In this document: positions 1 through 13,782 of the stretch, piece by piece
Numbering within the stretch: the stretch's first letter is position 1
Layout of the letters: each line of letters starts with the position of its first letter
Source: Mobula hypostoma
Lineage: Eukaryota
DNA length: 64,000 nt
Direction of reading: 5' to 3'
Assembly (NCBI RefSeq): GCF_963921235.1
Contig: NC_086108.1
Span: forward strand, 49,230,001-49,294,000
Notes under the pieces: model-generated
The model's database searches: none
Told to the model about the DNA's origin: nothing
The model's input: only the letters and a program-made list of their open reading frames with translations
Translations under genes and position numbers: made by a program

Positions 1-154
1 GAAAGTGATTCGTTTATACTATATGCTGTATAGTTTGGAAATTGGTAGTGATTTGTGTGCACTGTGATCTTGCAGAGTGAAATTAGTAAAATGGTAACAG
101 GAGTGAATGTATTTAGTGAATGTCTGTAGCCCAGCCCAATCTTCGCTGATTTGA

Positions 155-452
155 TTTCAAAGTTTCAAAGTGCATTTATTGTTAAGAACATACAAGTGAT
201 ACACCCTTGATATTTGTGTACTCACAGACAGTCGCAAAGCAAGGAACCGAAAAGAACCCAATTAAAAACAGACCACTCCCCTCCCCCCCACTGTGCCCAC
301 AAAGGATGAAAAAACACACAAGACAAATCATATAAACAATAGAAACGAGAAAATTTGCAGATGAATGGTGAAGGAGAGGTTGGGGCGAGGGGGGGGGCAT
401 GAGCGGGAGCTCAGGAAATCGAAGCGAGCGAGCAACAGCAGCAGCATTCTGA
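155..452 (-). mobile_element. 3' end of a retroposon with a TTTGAA-type tail (family of 43502-44245)
   Basis: Shares acagacag..caaagcaag..aaaagaacccaattaaaa with 43502-43700; minus-strand AATAAA followed by a repeated TTTGAA tail. Confidence 0.45.
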
Positions 453-2012
453 ACCAAATTTGACACAGCACAAGACATTTCACTGCATGTTGTCATGTAC
501 TTGCAACAAATAAGACTAATCTTTAAAATGGTGAGGACTCTCTGAAATCTGGTGCTCTTTTGTAGCTCTGCAGTGAATGGAAACAACTTTCGGCCTGTGA
601 TAGTAATTTTGGACAAATGCAAATTTTGAATTTATCTCTCCTGGAATGTTCATTTTCTGTTGGCATTATGCTTCCTGTTCGTACCTTCAGAAGTCTGATT
701 AAAGAGTTGTTTGTTCCATTAGAAGGACAAATGTAAAATTAATCAGTTTGTACTCGGTGAACTGCTGTTCCTGGTAGAGAAACATAGCAAGGTACTATAA
801 ACAACAATGAAAACAGTCAGACCCCCCCCCCCCCATAGCTGCAATAAATGTGTTTATTATTTCTAAGTTTTAGTAGGGTAGACAGGAGCAAGTGAAAAAT
901 ATCTGGTTGCTCAGCCATTTGTTTTATCCCTCATTTTGCCTCTTTGTGCTAATCTTGGGTTAGTTGAGGGCTTGGCCAGGTATGGATGCTCCCAACAACT
1001 GAGTTGCCTTCTAACCAGTCTCATTTAGGCTAATTTGTGAATAAGATACAAGATATAATTGATGTCTGAAGAGCACCAGTGGAATGTTAGTCTGATATAG
1101 GCCTTTCAAAAGAAAAGCAGGAAGAAAAACCAGTGAAAAGACAGATAGCGTTCCTTTAAGTTGTCACGTAAGCATGTCATTTGTGTCATAGTTTAGTTGC
1201 CTGGCCCGTCCCCCATTCTGTCCTCTGTTGTCTTCCATGTCATATTCTTGCAAAAGAAAGACTAATAACCTTCAATCTCCCAAAAAACACATATTCAAGA
1301 TCTTAGATGAACACATTGCAACACTACTTATGTGACGATCAGTAGTAGAGGTCTCTCTTTAAAGTTGTATCAGATAAGATTGTATTACTTTGTAGATGGT
1401 TGAAGCTATGCTCACCATTTGGTGGACCAGACATAACAAAGCTGCAAGCTAAACTGTTTTCAGTTTTTGGAAGAAAGCTCAGTAAAGGCAAAAGCTGATC
1501 TCACTACTTTCATCTTGTGCAGATTTTCATCAGGTCTGTTGTCTGCATCTTGCCTGAAACTTTGATGCTCCAGTACTATCTTTTTACTTCCTTTATGATT
1601 CCAACCAGCTGCTGAAATGGAATAAACAAAATGTAACTGTCAGAGGAACCAGGATGAAAGGTAGACTGCCTGAATTTCACTTTTAAAGTCACTACTCCAA
1701 ATGGTGTTCAAATATTATTTTTAAATACAAAGTTAATTTGCGAATATAATGGTATTTATGACTTGAATATTTTTTCATGCCATCATTGATGTACTTGTGC
1801 ATCTTGTGTAGCATTGGTTGGCAAGGTAGGTATTCAGGCTTTCAAGGGTGAGCTGTGAATGAGTAACTTGAGAATGAATATCTGAATCTTTGCAGATATC
1901 ATAATTGTCACAGTGGACCTTGTCACAAATTTTCCTGCTTGGTCATTGCCGTGTTATGGACTTTTTGTTAACTGAAGTATGAATCATGGTTATCAAAGTT
2001 TTTAAGAAAGCA

Positions 2013-3097
2013 CTAGACAACAGGGTGACCCGTTGGGGCACACTTTGAGAGAAGGGTAGTGCAGTCTGATGTGACCAGAATGAACATTAAATTTTCCTGA
2101 ATGCTATTAGTATCACTTTGCTTTGGAAACTAAAGTAGAAAACCTCAGTTTATTAAAGAGGAATGATGCGTAGCAAAGCAAATATTGTTGCTCCTCATTT
2201 AATGAAGGACAGTTTTGATGGCATCATTTCTGGTTTATCTGCCACCCTTGTGCCTCTCGTTGTTATTCTGGAAACGTGTAGCCCTTTCATCCCCTGTCTC
2301 TTCAGCTCTTCTGCTGTTTGTTGTTTGTCTCTGATCCTGGAGACATGTATGCCTCTCCTCCTCTGCCTCTTCTTCTGTCATGTTTTTCTGTCCTGACTGT
2401 TTGATCCTGGAGTCATGTGGCCCTGGCCTCATCCAATTCTTGTTCTCTCCCTCTCCTTGCCACTTCCCGACGACGTTTGGCGTCATCTCTTGACCATGAT
2501 TACCCCCTTCCCTTTCCACAAGGCAGAATTAGGCTGACCTTTTTTTTAACCCTAATGCTGGATAGAAGATACGAAGCAGTAACACCAAAGGATGCTGATT
2601 ATTCTTGATGATGTGGTTGGCGCTCTCCTAAATGGACGTGATATAGTCACCGCTGCCCTTTGACTGCAGCAAATGAGTGTCTCGAAGTGTGTCATTACAA
2701 TAAGATTTAATTATCTCTTATTGATGGGTGGCAGTTAGATCTGTCCCAATCCTGCACATGCTGATGGTGATTAGCAGAATGTGACCCCTCAAAATAGAGC
2801 TGCCCTTCCCTTTTACTCTAGTAGGTGTCGCTGCTGAGGCTGGCCGTGCGCATGCGTCGGGCTGACGCATCCCGATTTCCATGATGCCCGATCGAGTCTC
2901 GGGTGAAAGCCAGCCTGTTGGTTTTGGCAAATGAGCAATTTTATACGAATATATAACCCTGAACTTTGCCTGCATTCTGTAAGTTAGCGCATTTTAATTT
3001 GATTTAGCCAAAAAAAGTGCTGTCGTAACGTACTGTTTGCACTAGTTGGAGGTCACAAACAGACAGACAGAGCATGAGAGTTTTAGTAGTATATAGA
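2013..3097 (-). mobile_element. Non-autonomous Helitron (internally deleted)
   Basis: Minus strand starts A|TCTATATACTACTAAAACTC with (GTCT)n nearby and ends CAACGGG-TCAC-CCTGTTG hairpin + TCTAG|T. AT target, no TSD. Internal ORF 2235-2519 has E(T/A)xxERxxxL-type units 23 aa apart. Confidence 0.8.
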
Positions 3098-4457
3098 TGT
3101 CACCTTACATCTAGTGGAATTGCAAAGCCTGTTATGCATAGATTCTAATTTTAATTTGGTGAATTTTTAAAAAAAATTGATCTTTCAACTTGACTCAGTG
3201 CATCTAATGTGTGTTTCGTGTTGAATAAAGTCCAGTCAATGATATTGTGGAAATTGCATTCATACAGAAAGCTAAGGGTAAGGTTCAGTCATCCTGACCA
3301 ATGTTTTCAATGAGATGATTGACCTTTGTCCTCCATGGTAAACTCTCAAGTTATCTAGTACTACGGTATATATCCAGAATTTTCAAGCAACTGGCAAACT
3401 TTTCAAAGATTATTAAGTAATTTCATTATATTTTTCCAAAAATGTTAGCTAAAGTTTGGTGTGTCAGATTCCAGTGTGATTGTGTTTATGCTCCCAATCA
3501 GCCTACAGCAATGCAGTCTCACAAGTATCTCACAAGTGGCTATTGTCTCTAAATATATCATTCAAGTGTGTCTAAATCTGAGTTTTTGACTTTGACTCTC
3601 TAAAGTTCTGTTCAACCTGATGACATGGCAGTAGAGTATTCAGAGCACAACAAGTAATTTGCACAGTCCTTTTGACATTTAAAGTGAATTTAGTTTAAGT
3701 GGTAGCCTTGCCTGGAGGCTATGTGTAAAAGGTCTAAGCATAGCTTACATTGTATAGTTTTATTTTTATGAAAATAAGCTCAATTAGTAATTTTTAAATG
3801 TTGCACAAAGTTTGTATGGAAGTAATTTTTTATTAACGTTTGTACATAAGGGCAGTGTACTTGTAAGCTAATTAGACACTACACCTTCGTTGAAGATTCA
3901 TGTGATGATGGATACAGTCATTCATGTGATTTGATTTTGCATTATTTAAAACTTAATTGCTAGCTTTACATGAAAAAATTGTGGTGTAACTCATTTTAAA
4001 GGGAAATAGTTGACATATAGTTCGGCAATTTATTTTTCAAATACTAATGTGTGATGTGCAATAATGTACTTTGGAACAGTTTTCCTGCAACCAGCCTCTT
4101 GAGAGTAAACTGAAATTGCTTTCATCTACTGCTTTCCAATTAAATTGGCAACAAAAGTTCTTATGTACAGGCTGGTTCATTAAATGGTTACAGGGTAATC
4201 AACTGGATAAGTGGGTAGCAGTTGGTATATTGGTTAGATTGTTTCAAAAATTGTCCTTGTTTGTTAATGGATTTGTTCTTTTTTTAACCGAATTTAGAAG
4301 TTATAATTTTCTGGAAAAAATACAATCTCAGATGGCAACAGGGAGGCAGAAAGAATTGATATAGATTGGTTGATTGAGTGAGGTCACAGCAACCTCAGTG
4401 AACATTAGCAAAACTAATGAATGGATTCGTGGACTCATGAAGGGAAGTTGGAAAACA

Positions 4458-4585
4458 CACATCAATCCTCGTTGAGGTTCCTAGATATCAAAATCTCCTG
4501 AGTTCTACACATTGACATAATCATGAAGAAGGCATGCCAGTGACTACTTTGTAGTTTGAGGAGATTTAGTAGGTCACCACTCTTG
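4458..4585 (+). mobile_element. Rex1/Babar LINE fragment
   Basis: Degenerate match to the RT C-terminal DNA at 38020-38200. Confidence 0.5.
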
Positions 4586-4610
4586 CAAATTTTTAAAGAT
4601 GTAGAAATGG

Positions 4611-4740
4611 GGTCCTTCTGAAGGGTCTTGGCCCGAAATGTTGACTGTACTCTTTTCCACAGATGCTGCCTGGCCTCCTGAGTTCCTCCGGTATTTTGTG
4701 TGTGTTGCTTGGATTTCCAACATCTGTAGGTTTTCACTTG
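4611..4740 (+). mobile_element. PLE terminal-repeat fragment (degenerate hammerhead)
   Basis: gaagggtcttggcccgaaatgttgactgt...gatgctgcctggcc...gtgtgttgcttggatttcc, as in the other PLE ends. Confidence 0.8.
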
Positions 4741-4824
4741 ATTGTGATTTGACTACCTCATTATTCCTTTCTTTTTGCATTATCTAATATTTTGTGATTC
4801 ATAGCAAGTTTCTGCATTCATCAA

Positions 4825-5450
4825 AACATGGCTGATCTTCTCCCTCGACACCATTTACCTCCCCTGTTCTCTTCGTATCCAAAAACCAAAGGATCTCTGT
4901 TTTGAATGAACCAATCCTATGCCCTCCTGAGTAGAGAATTTGAATTTTAAAGATTCGTCATCCTTCCGTGTAGAACTTTCATCCCAGTTCTCAATGCTCT
5001 ACCCCTTTTTCTGAGACATCCAGCATTCACAGAAAAAAATCAATGAGAGCTCATTCCATTCTTCTAATTTCTGGAGAGTACAAGTCTCATCTACTACTAA
5101 AAATTTCTTCAAATGACAGACCAACCATCCCTGGAAACAGTCTAATGAACCTATGCTCTACGTTTTTTAATGATAAAGTTGATCTTTATCATTCCAGAAG
5201 ATCCATAGTACTCCAATGTGTGGTTTGACCAGTATCTTGTATAAATATAGTACGACTTCTGAACTTGGATCTTCCCATAATGGAAGCCAACATACCGTCT
5301 CACTTTATAATTGCTTGTAGTAACTCAAAGTTGACTTTTAATAGTTTCTGTGCAAGGACATTGTAGTCACATTGAGCATTGCTCAGTATCCTATCATTTT
5401 AAATGTACTGTCTTAATCTTGTACACTACATTTTTCCACATTATCTTTGT
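4825..5450 (-). mobile_element. Highly degenerate CR1 LINE 3' part
   Basis: Patchy similarity to 13783-14238 and 25595-26400. Confidence 0.5.
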
Positions 5451-5924
5451 ATCGCCATGTTACCCTGGCTTTTTCATTTCACTCTGGCAGAGGTATAATG
5501 GCACTTGACAGCGACTCCTTCGAGCTCACCTGCAGAAACAGCTTAATTTCTACCTATAATGTCTCTTTTTTCCTTATCAAGGTGGATGAGCTTCTGTCAA
5601 GGACCCTGACCTTGAACTACACTCAAACTTTGGTTGTTTGTGGTGGTGGGACCCGCTACCGGGGCTCGTCGACCGGCTGTTTATCGATATCCGAAGTATG
5701 TGGCCTAAAAGACAAGCGTGCCTTTGGGGTTCCGAGGTTTTGCTGCCCTGGGCATGAGCCGAATCAATGCCAGTGCCACTGACTGAAGCATCCTGGGTGA
5801 AAACGGAACATCGGGAAGAGTGAATCAGCTGTTGGGGCTCTGTGCTGGGATCGCACTATCTTTCTCTTGTCGGTGGGGAAGAGCTTGTTGCTGATTCTTG
5901 AATCAGAGATCTTGGAGGGTGAGA

Positions 5925-6350
5925 GAAGCGATGCAGCAGAATTTATCAGTCTGATGGCCTGGTAGAAGAAGCTGTCCCAGAGCCTGTGAGTCCTGGCTTC
6001 TATGCTGCAGTACTGTTTCCCAGATAGTAGCAGCTGGAACAGTTTGTGGTTGGGGTGACTCAGGTCCCTAATGATTCTTCGGGCCCTTTTTACACACTTG
6101 TCTCTATAAATGTCATGAGAAGTTGGAAGTTCACATTTACAGATGCACTGGGCTGTCCGCAGAGTCCTGTGATTGAGGGAAGTACAGTTCCCATACCAGG
6201 CAGCGATGCAGCTATTCAGGATGTGCTCAATTGTGCCCCTGTAGAAAGTCCTTAGGATTTGGGGACTCATGCCAGACTACAACTGTCTGAGGTGAAAGAG
6301 GTGCTGTTGTGCTTTTTTCACTACACAGCCGGTATGTACAGACCATGTGA
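5925..6350 (-). mobile_element. Rex1/Babar LINE, RT C-terminal region
   Basis: ORF ILRTFYRGTIEHILNSCIAAWYGNC...DLSHPNHKLFQLLLSGKQY...DSFFYQAIRLIN; resumes briefly at 6939 after the LTR. Confidence 0.85.
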
Positions 6351-6354
6351 CTTC

Positions 6355-6938
6355 TGTTAGAGTGATTTTTGGGTTTAGGTCATTTACATTTAGCAAATGG
6401 CTTTGGCCACCAGTCTTCTGTTCCCTGACAATGTATTGTGGATTTAGTTTGTAACAATGCATTTCCTAAAAGCTGTGAATCCCAGTCCAGATGCTGCTTG
6501 CACCTGTGGGATGAATGTGAACCAGAAGGTGTGAAGTTTGCATGTAGTTTCAAAGACAGCATTATCAATACTTTGTAAATATGGAATTGTGTTTTGTGCT
6601 AAGCATGTAAAATACCAAATAAATGTATTGTGGATTCTGTTTGGAACAATGGATTTCTAAAAGCCCAGTCCAGACGCTGCTGGTGCCTGTGGGATGGATG
6701 CGAATCAGAAGGTGTGAAGTTTGTAGGTAGCGTCAAAAGAAAGCATTGTCTGTACTTGTAATTATGGAATTGTCCTTTGTGTTTAGCAAATAAATATCAA
6801 GCCCCACATTGGGCCAGCAGACCTTTCCACCAAAAGCGTCTCCATGTGATGCCTGCTATATCTTGTTTTGTCGAATAAAGAAGCTGCTTTGTATCTACCA
6901 GTAACACTCTCTCTGGTGATTTCGTTCACACAACAACA
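6355..6938 (+). mobile_element. Probable solo LTR
   Basis: TGTT...AACA termini, AATAAA near 6874, internal ~190 bp direct repeat, interrupts Rex1 (gaccatgtga|gatcctc). No clear TSD. Confidence 0.6.
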
Positions 6939-6984
6939 AGATCCTCGTGATATTAACTTTTTACTTACTGACTGGGACTCTCAT

Positions 6985-8045
6985 AATGTTCAAGGGATGG
7001 ATGGAAAATAGTTTGTCAAATGGTTTCCAGAGATATTGAGCCCTTGGTTAAGAAAATGGTGGTGAATAGGAGATATAGACAGGTAGGAGCAAATAAGCTA
7101 CATGAATATAACAAATGCAAGAGAACATTTAAGAAGAAAATAAGGAGGGCTAAAAGAAGATATGAGGCTGCTCTAGCAGACTCCTAAGTTAAAGGAGACT
7201 CCTAAGGGCTTCCACAGCAAAGGGATAGCAAGGGACAAAATTGGTCTTCTGGAAGGTCAGAGTAGTAATTATGCATGGAGCTGAAAGAGTTGGGGGAGAT
7301 CTCAAACGGATTTTTAGCATCTCTATTTATTTGTGAGATAGACACAGTCTATAGATGTGAGGCAATACAGTAGTCTGGTCAATAGATCCTTTACAGATGA
7401 CAGAGGAGGAGGTGTTAGCTGTCTTGAGGCAAATTAAAGTGGATAAATTCAGTTGTACTGAATACAAGGGTTGGGTTGTTATGTTGAAATTGTATAGGAC
7501 ATTGGTGAGGCCTAACTTGGAGTATTGTGTTCAGTTTTGATCACCTACCTGTAGGAAAGATGTAAATCAGTTTGAAAAAGTGAAGAGAACGTTCACAAGG
7601 ATGTTGCCGAGACTTGAGGACCTGAGTTATTTGGAAAGGTTGAGTAGGTCATGACTTTGTTCCCTAGAGTGTAGAAGAAAGAGGGGAGATTTAATAGAGG
7701 TATACAGAACTATGAGAGATATAGATAAGGTAGATACAAGCAGGTTTTTCCACTGAGGTTGAGTGAGACTATAACTAGAGATTATGAGTTAAGGCTGAAG
7801 GGTGAAACATTTAAGGCAAACATGAGGGGTCATTCAGAGGTGGTGTGAGCTGCCAGCAGAGGTGGTGAAAGTGGTTTGCCTTCAACATTAAAGAGAAATT
7901 TGGATAGGTACATGGACAGGAGGGGTATGCAAGGCTGTAGTCCCAGTGCAAGTTCATGTTGTGTGGTAGATAGATGGTTCAGCACAGATTAGATGGCCTG
8001 AAAGGCCTATCCCTATGCTGTGGTGTTCTGTGACTCTTTGACTAT
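6985..8045 (+). mobile_element. CR1 LINE, internally deleted, with 3' UTR and tail
   Basis: LYRTLVRPNLEYCVQF-like DNA near 7490; ends ctgtgactctttgact. Confidence 0.8.
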
Positions 8046-8061
8046 ATTTAATTATTGTCAC

Positions 8062-8235
8062 AAACGGCTGTGGGAGCCAAGTCATTGGGTGTATTTAAAG
8101 CAGCGTTTGATAGGTTGTGGGTTAGTCAGGACATCAAGGGTTATGAGAGAATGGGGTTGAGAGAGATAATAAATTAACCATGATGAAATGGTGGAGCAGA
8201 TTTAATGGTCCGAATAACCTAATTCTGCTCCTTGT
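8062..8235 (+). mobile_element. CR1 3' UTR fragment (second subfamily)
   Basis: Matches 55580-55800 and 57275-57492. Confidence 0.7.
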
Positions 8236-8784
8236 ATCAACAGAGATACAAATCCTAAATAATGTTGGGAACATGGAGCAGCTGTGGAAAGAGAAACAAT
8301 TAAAATTTCTCTTTCTCTTTGATAATATTCACTGCATTCTCTTGGATAATATAGGCTGAAATGGAGGATTTTGCTTTTTCTTAATAACCAAAGGATTTGG
8401 CTTTGTTCTAGAGCAGAGCATGTTGAAGGCCCTCAACAGTCCTTGTAGCATTTAAGAAGAGAGAAAGAGTGTTAACATTTCAAATGCTTGTTCTTTTGAA
8501 TTGTAAACATGAAGATGAGAGTTTTAAATTTCATAAAGGGAAGAACATATGTGATTTGGTAGAAAATGTTATGTCCAGGTAGTATGTTTGCTTCAAGGAG
8601 GGGGTGAATGCTTGTTAAATATATATCTACTGTAAATAGTGGGAGATGAATTGTATTTATTTTCTTACATCTAAGGGGAGAAAAATCTTTATGTTCTGTC
8701 TCTGTCGCAATATACAAGCAATAAAGAGGAGGATTATGGAAGAAAGGGGTGAATTGGGGCATTCCTGCATTTAGGAGTTACTGT

Positions 8785-10340
8785 TATTGGATATTTGAAA
8801 TAAAAATACTGGAAATCCTTGTCAGATCAGACAGTATCTGAGAGAGTAAAAATGAGTTAGTGTTAGAGGTTAATGATCTTCTACCAGAATTGGTCAGTTC
8901 TGACCCATGTACAATAAGCTGTTTATATGAAATGGTTGAGCAAACCTGAGGGTTGCAGTGTTTGGAGAGAAGATGAGGTGCTGTACTTTGAGCTTGTGTT
9001 GAAAATTGTATTGGAAGCCAGAGACCTTGTGCGGGAGAGAAGTGATGAGCAACTAGAATCTCAAGGTCAGCCTTCTGAACTGGCTGCAGAATAATCATCC
9101 AGTCTACATTTTGTTCCCCATTGTGGAGGAGATCACCTCTTGAGCATCAGATGGAATTCACTAGTTTGGAATTACTCCTTCACCTGGAAACTCTGTTTAG
9201 GTTACTGGATGGTTGAAAGACATGAAGTAAAAGAGCAAACATGAGGAAATCTGCAGATGTTGGAATTTCAAGCAGCACACATAGAAGTTGCTAGTGAACG
9301 CAGCTGGCCAGGCAGCATCTCTAGGAAGAAGTATAGTCGACATTTCGGGCCGAGACCCTTCGTCAGGCTGTGCCTCCAACCTGATGGCATGAACATTGAC
9401 TTCTCTAACTTCCGTTAATGCCCCACCTCCCCCTCGTACCCCATCCGTTGTTTATTTATTTATTATTGTGCGTGCAGGTGTGTGTGTGTATATATATATT
9501 ATTCTTTTTCTCTCTCTCCTTTTTCTCCCTCTGTCCCCTCCCCCCCACCCCCCCCCGCTATACTCCTTGCCCATCTTCTGGGTTCCCTCTCCCCCTTTCT
9601 TGCTCCGTAGGGCTCCCGTCCCATGATCCTCTCATATCCCTTTTGCCAATCAACTGTCCAGCTGTTGGCTCCACCCTCCCCCTCCTGTCTTCTCCTATCA
9701 TTTCGGATCTCCCCCTCCCCCTCCCCCTTTCAAATCTCTTACTAACTCTTCCTTCAGTTAGTCCTGACGAAGGATCTCGGCCTGAAACGTCAACTGTACC
9801 TCTTCCTGGAGATGCTGCCTGGCCTGCTGCGTTCAGCAGCAACTTTTATGTGTGTTGCTTAAGTAAAAGAGCAAATGCATTTACACAGGAAAATGCTCTG
9901 AGAGGTGGAGTGGTTGATGGAAATGTAAGAGTTAACTAGGGAGTCACTGAGGGAATGTTCCCTTGGAAATGCTGAAGTGGAAGAAGAGTGGAAGATATGT
10001 TTGGTGAATGAATCCCTTTGAAATGTGCATAAATCGAAGGATAATCTGTTGAATGTGGAGGTTGGTTGGGTGAAGGTGAGGTCAGCGGATCTTTCTTCCT
10101 GTCCTGACCGGGAAGAGACGAGGGTAAGAACGGACGAGCAGGAAATTGAACAAATGCATTTGAGAACCTGACATCTGTGGTTGTGAGACAAAGATATCTC
10201 AGAAGCATCACGGAAAATAAGCAGATTTAAAGCAAGCAGGGAAGCTGGGAAAATGGGATGGATCCTTTTGGGAGCAGCGGAAGAGCAGTTAAGGTAACTG
10301 GGGGGGCCTGAGGGTTTTTAGTGGTTTCTATTCTATGTTG
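8785..10340 (-). mobile_element. Old PLE, interrupted by a younger PLE palindrome
   Basis: ORF 9859-10191 (FQRDSFTKHIF..SAFPREHSLSDSLV) is homologous to the PLE ORF at 24460-24759. Confidence 0.7.
9240..9860. mobile_element. Inverted-repeat PLE insertion
   Basis: Left arm 9240-9367 is the reverse complement of the right end; flanking direct repeat aagtaaaagagcaaa at 9225-9239 and 9861-9875. Confidence 0.9.
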
Positions 10341-10937
10341 ATAGCAAGGAATAAGTGTCCCTTGTTAAAGGGAATATGTGGTTAGTTGGCATTCAAATGT
10401 CTAGCCTATATATTCCCGGTATTAATGAATGTTATCCTTTCAATCAGTATAGTTAATGATCTGAAGTAATTTAAACTATGGAAAAGTACTTTAATAATAG
10501 AACTGAGGGTCTGAATCTACATTCTCTCCCTCACAAAAGATTAACATTTCCATCAATGAAAAATTGTCCTGTGATCCTTATAGAGTCCATTTTAAAATTA
10601 TTGGTCATTTGGAATAATCAAAATAATACAGGCTTCAGTAAGCCTGCTAACTTTTATGAATGGGTTGACAATGATGTATTCGGTTTACAAATGCTGTCCA
10701 TCAGCTCATTTACAAACAAGATAAACAAGAATGAATGTTTATTTTCAGGGTTCCTATGCAGATCTGCTTCATGGTCAACTAGCTGGTGAAGTAATACTGG
10801 TACTGTGATTGCAATTAGATTAAGGGATGGCAGGGGGTGAGATCTGCAAACCCTTTTGGGAAACATTTTTGATGTAATACAATAAAATTACTTTATTTGG
10901 TTTAACAAATGCTGAGTTGACATTTATTGTTGGCTTA

Positions 10938-12095
10938 AGAATCAGGCTTATAACTGACATATGTCATGAAATTTGTTTTTTAGCAGTACAGTGCAAGGCA
11001 GAATCTACTCTAAGTTACAAAAAGAATGCAAAAGAGAAATAATGAGGTTGTGTTTATGGACTGTTCAGAATTCTGATGATGGTGGAGGGGAAATAGCAGT
11101 CCTAAAATGTTGTGTGGGTGAGGTCCTTAATGATGGACGCTGCCTCCTTGAGGCATTGCCTCTTGAAGATATCCCCAATGGTGGGGAGGGTTGTGCTCAT
11201 GATGAAGTTAGCTGAGCCTACAGCTTTCAGCAGTAGGATATTTTGATCCTGTGCATTGAAGCCTCCAGACCAGGTGGTGATGCATCCAGCAAAAATGTTC
11301 TCCAATGTGCATGTAAAGAAGTGTTTAGTGACATAGCAAATCTCCTCAAACACCTTATGAAGTAGAGCCACCGATGTGCCTTTGTGATTGCATCAGTGTT
11401 TTGGGCCCAGATAGATCCTCTGAGATGTTTGTGCCTGGGAACTTGAATCTGCTCACCCTTTCCACTGCTGATTCCTCAGTGAGGATTGGTGTCTGTTCTG
11501 CTGACTTTGAGCGTGAAGTTGCTGTTGTGACATAACTCAACCAGCTGAACTATCTCACATCTGTACATCTTGTTGCCATCCAAGATTCTGTCAGCAGCAG
11601 TGGTGTCATCAGCAAATTTAGAGATGGTGCTCTACTTCACTCGCCCTATCACTGAACTGTTTCCACACTTAATTTCAGGATCTCTTCATTTCATGTTTTT
11701 GATATTTAATGCTTATTTATTTATTAATATTTTTCCTCTTTCTTTTTGTATTTGCACAGGTTGTTTTGTTTTGTACATTGGTCATTGTCTGTCCTGCTGT
11801 GTGTGTCTTTCATTGATTCTATTGTGTTTCTTGTACTTTCTGTGATTGCTTGCAAGAAAAAGAATCTCAAGGTTGTATATGGTGACATGTATGTACATTG
11901 CTAATAAATTTTCTTTGAACTTTGAGTTGTGCCTCACCCCTGTTGTCATGAGTGCACATCTTGAATTGCGCCCATGTTGATTGTCGGCAAGGAGATATTA
12001 TTACCAATCTGTACTCACTGTGGCCTCCTGATAAAGGAAGTTGAGGATTCAGTTTGCGAGAAAGGTACAGAGGCCCATGTTTGTTCGTTGGTTAG
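10938..12095 (-). mobile_element. Rex1/Babar LINE 3' region
   Basis: ORF 11102-11371 (FTCTLENIFAGCITTW...CLKEAASIIKD); CTGATT-type tail. Confidence 0.8.
11630..11925 (+). mobile_element. Rex1 3' UTR inserted in the opposite-strand Rex1
   Basis: Ends aataaattttctttgaactttga; its reverse complement matches 60589-60635 + 62630-62800. Confidence 0.7.
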
Positions 12096-13782
12096 TACTT
12101 GCAAAACTATAACAATTGAGTATTCTGACAGCCAGTTTGTCAGTACTTCTATAGGATGCTATTCTCTAAGAATATGCAGTGACAAATGATTCCAAGAAAA
12201 GGCTCTGCACACCACATGCCACGAAAGCCAAGCTTGATTTAACGTTGCTCCAGCCATGTTGTCTAGAGCTATTTCTACTTCTTGCCATATAAGCGGAAAT
12301 TTTAAGGTATTCATAGCAGTCAATGGCACCTACTGTATGGGGGGGGGGGGGAGGACAGTGATAAAAACCTTCCAATTTATTTTCTGCTTTCAAATAGATT
12401 CTATCTGTTTTAGGAGCTTCTGAACTTTTCTCCCTACAGTTTTATTAACTGCATGTTACTTACTTGGCTTTTGTTTGCTGTGGTCACAGAAAGAATGATT
12501 ACTGTTGCTTTTTACAGAAACTGTCAGAATGATGACTATAGTAGATGATTAATTTTTTAAAACTAACTATGGCAGACATTCTTATTTTCTTTTACAAACA
12601 TGGAAAATTTGGAAAGAGCATCTGGTGAATTTGCTAAGTAAATATTACTTAAATATTCTTGCAGCCAACAGTCAACGGAACCAGTTAACATTGTTTTATT
12701 TCCTGTAATGCTCATATATAGTATTGAAATATTGATCATTAAGCATGGATATCATGCCGGAAATTGTGGAAATTGTCCAGGAGAAACCGATAGACTGCAG
12801 TATCTTTTTGCAAGGATTATTGTGTGTCACTTTTTTTTCCTAAATGGTGGTCAGTTCTTTCCAGAGTGCTTGGCCCAAGAGAATGCTCCTCAGAAAATCT
12901 TGAAAATAATCACATCAGTACAACCTTAATGATCTAGGTTGATGTAAAGACTTTTGGATGATTTGGTCTTGAACCATTTGAGGATACTGTATAGGCTCAG
13001 ATTCCCCTGAACCATCTGTTCCAAGGAACCGCCTTGTCTATTCTGTCTGAATTAGTTAATTCTGAATTTAAAAGTAAGTTTTTTGAAGGGGTAAAAATTG
13101 TTGTTCCCATTATTAATCCAATATCGAATGAAGATGGCTTCTATGTAGAAATGTGGCTTTGGGTAAGAAAGAATGAGCAAACCAGAAGCTTGTTTTCCCT
13201 GTATGTATTATTCTTTTGTCTGCTAGACTTGAATTCTGCCTCACCTATTTCTCAGACTTAGTCTTGTCCTTCAATTTCTCAGACCTGGTTTTGTCCCTCA
13301 ATTTGTTTTTTGTCTTTCTCTATTGTTTCCATTCTGACAAAAATGCCAAACACCCACCTGTCTTCCACACCAACCATGTTTGAAAATTGTTTCCCATTTG
13401 ATACTGGGTCTCAACTTTTTCAGTAGGAAGAATACTGTCTTTTGGCTTTAATTTAATCTCCTTTACTGTCTTTAGAGCATTTAGATTTCACATTAAATTT
13501 CAGGGCAATAAGTATAATGACTCTATCTGCTCCCCATTTGTTGATTCTGGCTACAAATGATCACCGTGTGGTGGTATTAAATCAGTATTGCATTGTTGCT
13601 GATTTCTAACAGCAGAAGCAAAAAAAAGTAGACAAATAAAATGTGTATATGGGAAGGCTTGATGGAATGAAGACTGGTTTTGAGAAATAAAATCTTGCAT
13701 GCCCTATTTACTTATGTGGGGATAACACTTCATATTTTTCTTGTTAATGTTTTTTAATCTGTTGTCCTGATATAATTATATT

